A stretch of 32,000 nt of DNA from Candidatus Binatia bacterium (GTDB lineage: Bacteria; Desulfobacterota; Binatia; UBA9968; JAJDTQ01): contig JAJEAI010000056.1 of assembly GCA_022824205.1 (NCBI GenBank), positions 1-32,000 on the forward strand. The letters are read 5' to 3'. Both the position numbers and the translations under genes were made by a program. Positions 16,304 to 24,756 of the stretch are shown piece by piece. A model generated the notes under the pieces. That model did not search any database. It was not told the origin of the DNA and was given only the letters and a program-made list of their open reading frames with translations. Every line of letters starts with the position of its first letter. The stretch's first letter is position 1.

Positions 16304-17722
16304 ATGCAACATTCGACTCCACAGACACCGCAACCGTCCGTGGATGCATCCGCGGGTGCGGCAGCGCGCGAAGTAGCGCTCGAAAACATCGTCATGTGGA
16401 CCGGGCTCGGCCGCTACGACGACGTGCGCCGGCTGCTGGCCGATTTCCATCCCGCCGACATCGCGGAGTTGCTGGACCAGCTCGACGAACCACGGGTACG
16501 GCAGCGAGTGTTCGGCCTGCTGTCCGAGGAGACGGCCTCCGCGGTGCTGAGCCTGATCTCGCCGGAAGCGCGCGACGAGTTGGTGGCCGACCTCTCGGAC
16601 CGGGAACTGGCCGAGCTGGTGGAGGAGCTGGACACCGACGATGCCGCGGATCTGCTGGACGCCCTGCCGGAAGAGCGCGCCCCCACCGTCCTGGCGGAGA
16701 TGCCGTCGGAGCTGGCGGAGGAAATCGGCGACCTCCTGGACCACCCGCCGGACAGCGCCGGCGGCATCATGCAGACGGAGTACGTGTCGGTACCGCAGTA
16801 CGCCACCGTGGAGCAGGCCATCGGCATCATCCGCCGGGCGCATGACGACGTGCCCGAGGTCCACGACGTCTTCGTAGTGAACGTGGAGCGGCGCGTCACC
16901 GGCATCCTGCCCCTCAGCAACCTGGTGCTGGCGCGCCCCGACGAATCCGTCGCCCACATCATGGAGCGGCCGGTGATCTCCGTGCCCGTGGCGATGCCGC
17001 AGGACGAGGTCGCCCGCGTCCTGCAGAAGTACGACTTCGTCACGGTCCCGGTGGTGGACGACCAGGACCGGCTCGTGGGCCGGGTCACCATCGACGACGT
17101 GGTGGACGTCATCGAGGAGGAAGCCAGCAAGGACATCTACGCCATCGCCGGCGTCGAGAGCGAGTCCATCAACCTGGCGCGGGACTCCGTGTTCAAGCGC
17201 GTGGGCGAACGCTTCTCGTGGGTGGTGACCACGGTGCTGCTGGGGCTCGTGGTGGCCCTGGTGATCTCCAAGGTCTTCGTGGAGACCTTCGAGAAGATGG
17301 CGCTCCTGGCCGCGTTCCTCCCGGTGATCATCGCCACCGCCGGCGCCGTGGGGCTCCAGTCCTCCACCCTGGTGGTGCGCGCCATCGCCCTCGGCACCCT
17401 CTCGCTCCAGCGCGTCTTCTCGGTGATCCTCTACGAAGCCGCCACCGGCCTGGTCCTGGGCGCAAGCTGCGGCCTCATCACCGCCGCCGCCAGCTACCTC
17501 ATCAACATGGGCACCCCCGACATCCTCCAGCTCTCCTTCGCTGTGCTCATCGGCATGGTCATCTCCGTCACCACCGCCGCCTGCGTCGGCACCGTCCAGC
17601 CCATCATCTTCTACAAGCTCAACCGCGACCCCGCCGTCGCCGCCGGCCCGCTGGTGACCGCGTTCAACGACCTGCTGGGAACGACGTTGTACCTGGTGGT
17701 GGCGACGGCGTTGCAGGCGTAG
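16304..17722 (+). CDS. mgtE: MgtE family magnesium transporter
   Basis: 472 aa; MgtE N-domain, CBS pair, and membrane domain with LGLVVALVISKVFV, LAAFLPVIIATAGAVGLQSSTLVVRAIALG, ACVGTVQPIIFYKLNRDPAVAAGPLVTAFNDLLGTTLYL. Confidence 0.93.
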   Translation: MQHSTPQTPQPSVDASAGAAAREVALENIVMWTGLGRYDDVRRLLADFHPADIAELLDQLDEPRVRQRVFGLLSEETASAVLSLISPEARDELVADLSDRELAELVEELDTDDAADLLDALPEERAPTVLAEMPSELAEEIGDLLDHPPDSAGGIMQTEYVSVPQYATVEQAIGIIRRAHDDVPEVHDVFVVNVERRVTGILPLSNLVLARPDESVAHIMERPVISVPVAMPQDEVARVLQKYDFVTVPVVDDQDRLVGRVTIDDVVDVIEEEASKDIYAIAGVESESINLARDSVFKRVGERFSWVVTTVLLGLVVALVISKVFVETFEKMALLAAFLPVIIATAGAVGLQSSTLVVRAIALGTLSLQRVFSVILYEAATGLVLGASCGLITAAASYLINMGTPDILQLSFAVLIGMVISVTTAACVGTVQPIIFYKLNRDPAVAAGPLVTAFNDLLGTTLYLVVATALQA

Positions 17723-17738
17723 GCGGGTATTGTTTGCC

Positions 17739-17909
17739 TCATTCATCACGCTCGGCGAGAAACCGATCGAGGGCACCGGGTCGCCGCGCGACCGGCTTCA
17801 GGGGTTGCCTGGGCTCGCCCGACCTGATCAGGATTCCTTGCCGTTCCAGGTCATCAAGCCGTGCTTCAATCGTATCGAGTGACTTTCGTTCGGTATGTTC
17901 GGTATCCAT
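17739..17909 (-). CDS. Small antitoxin-like protein (56 aa), no toxin partner adjacent
   Basis: Manual translation MDTEHTERKSLDTIEARLDDLERQGILIRSGEPRQPLKPVARRPGALDRFLAERDE*; resembles small antitoxins paired with PIN toxins. Below the ORF-track length cutoff. Confidence 0.5.
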   Translation of the reverse strand: MDTEHTERKSLDTIEARLDDLERQGILIRSGEPRQPLKPVARRPGALDRFLAERDE

Positions 17910-17921
17910 GTCCGTTTGAAC

Positions 17922-19163
17922 CTACTGAAGAGTACAGCCCTGCTGCCCGCGGCGCAGGCACGCCAGGTTGTGATGGAAGACCGCCGCCTGGGCGCGGGCG
18001 AAGCCGGCGCGGTCGGCGCCGCTCTCGCGGCTTCGCCGGTACCGCGCCCAGTCGCCGTCGTTGCCGTCGCGCCAATAGCCGTCGAGGACCTGGGCGGGCA
18101 GCGGCTTGAGTTGAGGGCGGGTGTTGTAGCGCGCGCCGGGCGGGCCGTCGCGGCCGGGGAGGCGGCGGCGCTCGCCCAGGAAGCCATGGAAGGCGTAGAA
18201 GGCATCGCTGCCGGGGAGGAACTGCACCTCGTAGTCCACGGTGCGTTCCGGGTCGGTGATGTCGTCCGCGGACATGGTCGGCCGCTCGCCGAAGCCCATC
18301 ATGAAGGCCCTGGCTTCGGAGTCGAGGAACCGCACCGCGCGTCGGACGGTGCGGCCGGGCGCGTGCGGGTACAGCTCGTTCGAGCGGATGGCGATATCGA
18401 TGTCGAACCGTCCGTCGCGTCCCAACTCCACCGACTCGCCCACCAGGTAGGTGCGCAGGTAGTTGTGTTGCTGCAGGGTGAGGGCAACGGGACGCTCGGC
18501 CGCGTCCAGCACCACGAATGCGGCGGTGTAGTGGTCGAGTTGGTGCCAGTCGTCCAGGTCCGCCACGAGCCGTAGCGGGAGGGCGAACGCCAGGGGCAGC
18601 GCCGCGGGCAGGCCGCTCACGCGGAAGACCAGGTGGTAGGTGACGACGGTGAACTCCTCGGGCGCCTGTCCATCTTGCCGCGGCGCCCACAAGCCGGTGC
18701 GCTCCACCGCGGCGTAGACCACGGGATGCGGCCGGCCGTCGCCGGGCACGTGCGTGAACTCGGCGCGAACGTCGTCGCGGTAGCGGTTGAGGTCCGCGGG
18801 CGTGGGACCGTCGATGCGGACGCCGTCGCCGGTCACCAGGTAACCGTGGGCGATGTAGTCGCGGTAGAAGTCGATGGGGCCTTCGTGGCCCGCGGGCAAG
18901 TGGAAACGCAGCGCATGCCGGTGGGCCAGGGCCTGGTCGGCCGGGTCCGCGGCCGCCGGCGGCGGATTCGCGGCAAAGTACTCGGCGAACCCTGGATACT
19001 GCGAGAAATTGCGGTCAGCGGCCACGGCGGACGCACAGAACACCACCAGCAGAAGGCCCGCGATGCAACCCCACAGGGTTAAAGTTCTCGCGAAACCTGG
19101 CGACAGGTACTCATAGAGGCCCTGTGAGCGCCGAGTTTGATCGATCGATCCAGGTTTTGACAT
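17922..19163 (-). CDS. Uncharacterised membrane-anchored or exported protein
   Basis: 413 aa from MSKPGSIDQTRRSQGLYEYLSPGFARTLTLWGCIAGLLLVVFCASAVAAD; long non-compositional ORF with one N-terminal hydrophobic segment, no family recognised. Confidence 0.7.
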   Translation of the reverse strand: MSKPGSIDQTRRSQGLYEYLSPGFARTLTLWGCIAGLLLVVFCASAVAADRNFSQYPGFAEYFAANPPPAAADPADQALAHRHALRFHLPAGHEGPIDFYRDYIAHGYLVTGDGVRIDGPTPADLNRYRDDVRAEFTHVPGDGRPHPVVYAAVERTGLWAPRQDGQAPEEFTVVTYHLVFRVSGLPAALPLAFALPLRLVADLDDWHQLDHYTAAFVVLDAAERPVALTLQQHNYLRTYLVGESVELGRDGRFDIDIAIRSNELYPHAPGRTVRRAVRFLDSEARAFMMGFGERPTMSADDITDPERTVDYEVQFLPGSDAFYAFHGFLGERRRLPGRDGPPGARYNTRPQLKPLPAQVLDGYWRDGNDGDWARYRRSRESGADRAGFARAQAAVFHHNLACLRRGQQGCTLQ

Positions 19164-19239
19164 TACCGCGGCTTCCTGGTGCAATGGATCGTTGCAGTCG
19201 AAACCGGGCGGGAAGCACAACACGTTCGGAGACGACCCG

Positions 19240-19494
19240 ATGAGCATGATTGTGACGGAGCTCTACGACGCCCTTAAGGAAGCCGGAGCCACGGAGGAGA
19301 AAGCCAGGGCCGCGGCCGGCGCCATCCCCATGGTCGAGAACCTCGCCGGCAAACAAGACCTTGCCGAACTGAAGGCTGAACTGAAGGGGGACATCGCGGT
19401 CGTGAAGCGTGACGTCGCGGTGCTGAAGCTCGCGGTGTTCAGCTTTCTGCCAACCATCGTGGCTCTGCTTGTGAAGCTGGTCTTCTTCCCCTGA
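19240..19494 (+). CDS. Small coiled-coil protein with C-terminal transmembrane segment (DUF1640-like)
   Basis: 84 aa; MSMIVTELYDALKEAGATEEKARAAAGAIP...DLAELKAELKGDIAVVKRDVAVLKLAVFSFLPTIVALLVKLVFFP. Confidence 0.65.
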   Translation: MSMIVTELYDALKEAGATEEKARAAAGAIPMVENLAGKQDLAELKAELKGDIAVVKRDVAVLKLAVFSFLPTIVALLVKLVFFP

Positions 19495-19578
19495 CCTCGC
19501 CCTCGTCGTCGCGCCGGGCGACAACGAAGAATCCCCCGCACATGGTTACGCGAATTGGCCGGATACCCTGTTCGTGTC

Positions 19579-19628
19579 GTGTCCCGCAAATTCCTGCGAT
19601 AACTTGCTCACGGGAATTTACCAGACAC
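19579..19628. repeat. Short near-palindromic element
   Basis: gtgtcccgcaaattcc (19579-19594) against ggaatttaccagacac (19613-19628), 12 of 16 paired; its left part shares GTGTCGyGTCCCGCAAAT with the 13916-14126 element. Confidence 0.55.
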
Positions 19629-19632
19629 CACA

Positions 19633-20556
19633 TTAGCGCCCGTGTTTCCAGCCAGGACGTGGGCGCAACTCCCGCTTGAGGCCGCCCGCGTCCAGCTTCG
19701 CCCGGTGAAGATACGCCGTAAGCGAACCGTACCCCGTGTCGCCGGTGAAGCGGACCGGTACCGGCGGCGTTTCGTCGAATACCCGCGCCATGTGGACTTG
19801 CACATCGGTGTGATGGCGGTCCCGGCGGCGCCGGGATTTCGGATCGAATCCGGCCTTCTTTTCGAGACGGAGGCGGCAGTTGACCGTGGGGCCGGCGAAG
19901 GGAGAGAACCGGCTGGCTTTCAGCCGGCCGACTCCGGCTTCGTGCAGCTCACCCACGAGTTCATACAGGCGCCGGCCGGTAAAGACCGGTATCCGCATCT
20001 CGCATCCGTGACCGTCGAGCCGGGAAAGCACGGCAAGCAAGGTGCCGGCGGGATCGAGAGCACCCTTGAGTTGGGCCGGGGAGACCGAGGGCCTGTTCGC
20101 GCGTTTCCGGCGCGGCTTCATGCGCACGATCCTCGGCGTCCCTTCGTCGAAGCCAAGCTCCACCAGACGCTTCTTGCGCCACCGCTTGCTGCTGTAGCCC
20201 GCCCGGACCGGCACGATGTCCCCGGAAACGAGGGCGCCGCGCGAATAGGCCGTGGTCTTCAAGCGGGTGAGGGTCTTGACCACGCCGGTGGTCCTCAAGC
20301 GCACACGCACGGCGTAAGTAGACGCACCGAGGTCGAACGCGGCGGCGTCCCGGTCATACGACGCGGCGTCGAACACGACGCCGAGATCGAGGTTGGCGGC
20401 ATGGATACCGGCGAAATATGCCCTGTAGGAAAGTTGCAGCCGGCCTTCTCCCGCGTCCGCGGTGGACAGGAGGAGAGACCCCGCGAGGGCGGCCAGGCAC
20501 AGGCAGCGCCCCACGAACCATCCGTCCCGCCATGCTGCTGCAACCGCCGAGCGCAT
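19633..20556 (-). CDS. DUF3108-like exported protein
   Basis: Signal-peptide-like MRSAVAAAWRDGWFVGRCLCLAALAGSLLLSTADAG then LQLSYRAYFAGIHAANLDLGVVFDAASYDRDAAAFDLGASTYAVRVRLRTTGVVKTLTRLKTTAYSRG; start moved from 20745 to 20556. Confidence 0.65.
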   Translation of the reverse strand: MRSAVAAAWRDGWFVGRCLCLAALAGSLLLSTADAGEGRLQLSYRAYFAGIHAANLDLGVVFDAASYDRDAAAFDLGASTYAVRVRLRTTGVVKTLTRLKTTAYSRGALVSGDIVPVRAGYSSKRWRKKRLVELGFDEGTPRIVRMKPRRKRANRPSVSPAQLKGALDPAGTLLAVLSRLDGHGCEMRIPVFTGRRLYELVGELHEAGVGRLKASRFSPFAGPTVNCRLRLEKKAGFDPKSRRRRDRHHTDVQVHMARVFDETPPVPVRFTGDTGYGSLTAYLHRAKLDAGGLKRELRPRPGWKHGR

Positions 20557-20710
20557 TCGTAGAGTAAACCAAGGGAAGGCCGGTTGGGCAACCGCCGCGG
20601 TGGTCCCGCGGACCCTGGCTCCGCCGGCTCGCCCTATCACGCGGCGGGTTGCCTCGACCCGCCGGATGATAATATGCATGGGGATGCAACTTCCCCGAGG
20701 AGGCATCCGC

Positions 20711-20953
20711 ATGGAGACTCTGTTCAACAGCCCCGACCAGTTCAAGAGCCGCTTCGCGACGGTCGGCGGCTACAAGACCCACTACATCGAAGCGGGGGAG
20801 GGAAACCCCCATAAGCTGCTGCTGGTTCACGGCGGCGCCATCGAGGTGGGCATGGGCTGCTACCGCTGGTACGCCAACATCATCGCCCTGGCGAAGAAGT
20901 TCCACGTCCTCGCCATCGATGAGCTGGTGACGTGGTTCCTGGGGAAAGAGTAG
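20711..20953 (+). pseudogene. Truncated alpha/beta hydrolase N-terminus
   Basis: METLFNSPDQFKSRFATVGGYKTHYIEAGEGNPHKLLLVHGGAIEVGMGCYRWYANIIALAKKFHVLAIDELVTWFLGKE* ; oxyanion-type HGG motif present, but stops before the nucleophile elbow. Confidence 0.7.
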
Positions 20954-20978
20954 CGTTCGTGACGCCCGGGGAGGAAGA

Positions 20979-22199
20979 TTGAGTCGCACGACCCCGCTTC
21001 GCCCCGGCGAATTCCTGGCCCTCGTCGCCCTGTTGATGTCGCTTCCCGCGCTGTCGACCGACGCGATGCTGCCGGCGTTGCCCGCCATCGGCCACGACCT
21101 CGGGGCACCGCGGCGGAACGATGTCCAGTTCGTCATCACGGCGATGCTCATGGGGCTCGCCCTCGGTCAGATCGTTTTCGGCCCGCTCTCCGATCGCGTT
21201 GGACGCAAACCCGCCATCCATGCCGGCCTCGGCCTGTACATGGCGGGGTGCCTCATGAGCGTCTTCGCTCCCGTCTTCGAGGTGATGATCGCGAGCCGCA
21301 TCGTCCAGGGCATCGGAGTGGCGGGGCCGCGCATCGTGATCATCGCCCTCGTGCGCGACCAGTACGAGGGACGGCAAATGGCGCGTCTCATGTCGTTCGC
21401 CATCGCCGTGTTCATCCTCGTCCCCACCGTCGCTCCGGCCCTCGGACAGGGCATCCAGTGGCTGGCGGGCTGGCGCGCGATATTCGGCACGTTCTTCGCC
21501 GTCGCCGCCATCGGATTCGCCTGGCTTGCGCTCCGGCAGCCGGAAACACTGCCGGCGGACCGTCGGCGCCCCCTCTCGCCACGGAGCGTGGGTGGTGCCG
21601 TTCTGGAAGTCCTGCGTATTCGGACCGCGCGCGGATATGTCCTCGCCACCGCTTGCGCGTTCGCGCCGTTCATCGCCTACCTGAGTTCCGTCCAGCAGAT
21701 CTTCCAGGAAGGCTACAACGTCGGCGCCCTCTTTCCGGTCTATTTCGGCGCTCTGGCACTGGCCATCGGCGGCGCCTCGCTCATGAACGCCCGCTTGGTG
21801 CTAAGGTACGGCATGCGCCGGATCACCAGGGCGGCGGCGTTGTCCATCACGCTGGTCTCCGTCGCGGCGTGGGCGCCGGCCTCCGCCTTCAACGGGCTTC
21901 CCCCGCTGTGGCTGTTCATGGCCTATCTGCTCGTCGTCTTCGTGAGCTTCGGACTCCTCTTCGGCAATCTCAACGCGCTCGCCATGGAGCCACTGGGCCA
22001 CATCGCCGGCGTGGGAGCGGCCGTGGTCGCTTCGGTCCCCACCTTCATCGCGGTGCCGTTCGGAGCGTTCGTGGGCCAGACCTTCGACGGCACCATGTAT
22101 GCCCAGATCGCCGCTTTCGCGGTCTTTGGAGCGGGGGCCTTCGCAGCGATGAGATGGGCCGAGCGCGGCTCGGAGCAGGACGAGAGAAAGGCCTGTTGA
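20979..22199 (+). CDS. Bcr/CflA-type MFS drug efflux transporter
   Basis: 406 aa, 12-TM pattern; LPALSTDAMLPALPAIGHDL, GLALGQIVFGPLSDRVGRKPAIHAGL, SRIVQGIGVAGPRIVIIALVRDQYEGRQMARLMS. Confidence 0.9.
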   Translation: MSRTTPLRPGEFLALVALLMSLPALSTDAMLPALPAIGHDLGAPRRNDVQFVITAMLMGLALGQIVFGPLSDRVGRKPAIHAGLGLYMAGCLMSVFAPVFEVMIASRIVQGIGVAGPRIVIIALVRDQYEGRQMARLMSFAIAVFILVPTVAPALGQGIQWLAGWRAIFGTFFAVAAIGFAWLALRQPETLPADRRRPLSPRSVGGAVLEVLRIRTARGYVLATACAFAPFIAYLSSVQQIFQEGYNVGALFPVYFGALALAIGGASLMNARLVLRYGMRRITRAAALSITLVSVAAWAPASAFNGLPPLWLFMAYLLVVFVSFGLLFGNLNALAMEPLGHIAGVGAAVVASVPTFIAVPFGAFVGQTFDGTMYAQIAAFAVFGAGAFAAMRWAERGSEQDERKAC

Positions 22200-22262
22200 A
22201 ACTGGCGCCGACAACGTGCACGCTGGTCCAAACTCGTCGCAGGGCGAAAGGAGCACAGTTCC

Positions 22263-23027
22263 ATGAAAGGTCTCATCGCATTCTTGATGGCCGCATTCAT
22301 CGCGGGGCTGTTGTCCAACGCACGCGTGGCATATGCGGAGCCGGGCGTACCCAATCCGTTGCGCATCGGCAGCGAAGGCTACTACCCGCCATTCAACTTC
22401 GTCGACCAGTCGGGTCAACTCAAGGGATTCGACATCGACATCGCCATGGCGCTCTGCGAGCGGCTGAAGGTGGAGTGCAAGCTGCTGGCGCAGGATTGGG
22501 ACGGCATCATCCCGGCGCTTCTGGCGGGTAAGTACGACGCCATCGTGGCCAGCATGTCGATCACCGACGAGCGCAAGAAGGTGGTGAGCTTCACCGACAA
22601 GTACTACAGCAACAAGGTGCGCTTCGTGGCCGCCAAGGGCGGAGGCTTCGACCCCGGGAAACTCGACGGCAAGACCATCGGCACCCAGCGCGCCACCATT
22701 GCCGCGAACTGGCTGGCGAAGAACGCCGGCGGCGCAAAGGTGAAACTCTACGACAAGCAGACCGATGCCTATCTCGACCTGGCTGCCCGAAGGCTCGACG
22801 CCATCTTCGCCGATGGGTTGGTGCTTCACGAATGGCTGAAGACCAAGGCGGGCGCCGGTTTCGAGATGGTGGGCGACGCCTACGAGCTGGACGAGGGCAT
22901 CGGCATCGCCGTGCGCAAGGAGGACAACGTGCTGCGGCAACGGCTCAACGCCGCGCTCGCCGCCATGCTCGCGGACGGCACCTACGCCACGATCAACGCG
23001 CGGTACTTCCCCTTCAGCATCTACTAG
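22263..23027 (+). CDS. Polar amino-acid ABC transporter substrate-binding protein (family 3)
   Basis: 254 aa; signal peptide, RIGSEGYYPPFNFVDQSGQLKGFDIDIAMALCERLKVECKLLAQDWDGIIPALLAGKYDAIVASMSITDERKKVVSFT. Confidence 0.92.
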   Translation: MKGLIAFLMAAFIAGLLSNARVAYAEPGVPNPLRIGSEGYYPPFNFVDQSGQLKGFDIDIAMALCERLKVECKLLAQDWDGIIPALLAGKYDAIVASMSITDERKKVVSFTDKYYSNKVRFVAAKGGGFDPGKLDGKTIGTQRATIAANWLAKNAGGAKVKLYDKQTDAYLDLAARRLDAIFADGLVLHEWLKTKAGAGFEMVGDAYELDEGIGIAVRKEDNVLRQRLNAALAAMLADGTYATINARYFPFSIY

Positions 23028-23041
23028 TGCGGTGGTTCCCC

Positions 23042-23069
23042 GTAGGGGAGACCGGCCGGTCGCCCCTAC
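23042..23069. repeat. 28-bp near-perfect palindrome (14-bp arms, one mismatch)
   Basis: gtaggggagaccgg/ccggtcgcccctac, between binding-protein and permease genes. Confidence 0.75.
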
Positions 23070-23086
23070 TCTCGACGACGATTGCC

Positions 23087-23110
23087 CTGCCCGGCCAAGC
23101 TCCCGGGCAG
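23087..23110 (+). promoter_or_regulatory. Stem-loop between binding-protein and permease genes
   Basis: CTGCCCGG (23087-23094), 8-nt loop, CCGGGCAG (23103-23110), then tttcc. Confidence 0.5.
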
Positions 23111-23150
23111 TTTCCTTGCCGGGCATTTCCCATCTTGCCATGATGGCGAT

Positions 23151-23867
23151 ATGGCCGTGCCCGGAAGTGTTCTTCCGCCCGTGCTACTCGGCTTTGGCGC
23201 CCAACTCGCGGCAGGGACCCTGGTAACCGTCGGGCTGGCGGTGGCCTCCCTCGCCGGCGGCCTGCTGCTGGGCATCGCCGGGGCCGCCGCGCGGATGTCC
23301 CGCCGGCGGCTGCTGCGTACCGCCGCCCAGGCATACACCACCGCGGTACGCGGCGTGCCCGAGCTGCTCGTGATCCTGATCGTCTACTTCGGCGCGTCCG
23401 CCGCCGTCGGCCGCGTGGCTGCGCTGTTCGGCGTTACCGGCTTCTTCGAGTTGAACCCCTTTCTCGCCGGCGTGGCGGCCCTCAGTCTCACCTTCGGCGC
23501 CTACGCGGCCGAAGTGCTGCGGGGCGCATTCCTTGCCGTCCCGCCGGGACAGACCGAGGCGGCCTACTCCCTGGGGCTTACACGCGCGCGCGTGTTTTCC
23601 CACGTGCTGCTGCCGCAGGTGTGGCGCACCGCGCTCCCGGGCCTGGGCAACCTGTTCCTCGTGCTGCTCAAGGATACGTCTCTGGTGTCGGTGGTGGGGC
23701 TGGACGAGATCATGCGAAAAAGCGCCCTCGCGGTGAGCTACACGCAGCAGCCGTTCACCTTCTATCTGGCCGCCGCGTTCATCTACCTCGCCATGACAGC
23801 AGTCTCCATGGCCGGCATCCAGGTGCTGGAGCGACGCGCGGCACGCGGCATGGAGTGGTCCGGATGA
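23151..23867 (+). CDS. Polar amino-acid ABC transporter permease (HisQ-like)
   Basis: GTLVTVGLAVASLAGGLLLGIAGAAARM; AYTTAVRGVPELLVILIVYFG; EVLRGAFLAVPPGQTEAAYSLGLTRARVFSHVLLPQVWRTALPGLGN. Start moved from 23082 to 23151. Confidence 0.88.
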   Translation: MAVPGSVLPPVLLGFGAQLAAGTLVTVGLAVASLAGGLLLGIAGAAARMSRRRLLRTAAQAYTTAVRGVPELLVILIVYFGASAAVGRVAALFGVTGFFELNPFLAGVAALSLTFGAYAAEVLRGAFLAVPPGQTEAAYSLGLTRARVFSHVLLPQVWRTALPGLGNLFLVLLKDTSLVSVVGLDEIMRKSALAVSYTQQPFTFYLAAAFIYLAMTAVSMAGIQVLERRAARGMEWSG

Positions 23868-24598
23868 TGGCTGCCCTCCACGGTATGGCCGCCGAGAGCA
23901 CTGCGCAACTCTTGGCTGGCGCCTGGCTCACGATGCAACTCACGGCGCTGGCCATGTTGGTGGGCACCACCCTGGCCTTTCCGCTGGCGCTCATGCGGAC
24001 GTCACGCCATGGCTGGCTCCGGGCGCCGGCGTACGGCTACGTGTTCTTCTTCCGGGGTACGCCCCTTCTGGTTCAGATCTTCCTGGTCTACTACGGGCTG
24101 GCGCAGTTCGAGGCGATACGAGACGGCTTCCTGTGGCCGGTCCTGAGCGAGGCGTACTGGTGCGCGATCATCGCCTTCAGCCTGAACACCGCGGCCTACA
24201 CGGCCGAGATCCTCCGCGGCGGCATGATGGCAGTACCCCTCGGCGAGCGGGAGGCGGCGCGTGCTCTCGGATTTTCGCGCTGGCAGGAAATACGCCTTAT
24301 CGTGCTGCCCAGGGCCGTGCGGCAGGCGCTGCCGGCCTATGGCAACGAGGTGATCCTAATGCTCAAGGGCAGCGCCCTGGCCAGCACCATCACGCTGCTG
24401 GAACTCACCGGCGTCGCGCGCACCCTCATCGCACGCACCTACCTGGCGGTGGAATTCTTCGCGCTGGCGGGGCTGATCTACCTTCTCCTGACCCTCTTGA
24501 TCGTGCGCGGCGTGCGCCTGCTGGAGCGGCGCTGGGCGCTGCCCGGCCAAGCGATCGAGACCGTGCCAGGCACACGCCATGGAGACCTTCTCGCGTGA
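23864..24598 (+). CDS. Polar amino-acid ABC transporter permease (HisM-like)
   Basis: 244 aa; YVFFFRGTPLLVQIFLVYYGL; AEILRGGMMAVPLGEREAARALGFSRWQEIRLIVLPRAVRQALPAYGNE. ATGA overlap with preceding permease. Confidence 0.9.
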   Translation: MMAALHGMAAESTAQLLAGAWLTMQLTALAMLVGTTLAFPLALMRTSRHGWLRAPAYGYVFFFRGTPLLVQIFLVYYGLAQFEAIRDGFLWPVLSEAYWCAIIAFSLNTAAYTAEILRGGMMAVPLGEREAARALGFSRWQEIRLIVLPRAVRQALPAYGNEVILMLKGSALASTITLLELTGVARTLIARTYLAVEFFALAGLIYLLLTLLIVRGVRLLERRWALPGQAIETVPGTRHGDLLA

Positions 24599-24756
24599 CC
24601 ACCGGGCCGAACAGGAATCAACCTCCTGGCCAGTCTACCGAAATCCTCATCATCGCGGAGGGTTCGTCCCGTTGCCCACCGAGCACCCCGAAACCCTGGA
24701 CTCGAAACCCTTTCTCTCCTATCCTTGCCTTCGCTACCAAGGAGAACCCGCTCAAC

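Noticed and set aside
14142-16349. 735-aa minus-strand ORF opposite ppk1
   Set aside because: Antisense artefact; low-complexity HVAVEV-type sequence without a family signature, whereas the plus strand is clearly Ppk1.
17778-17795. Small dyad GGTCGC-cgc-GCGACC downstream of mgtE
   Set aside because: Only 6-bp arms and inside the candidate antitoxin ORF; expected by chance at this GC content.
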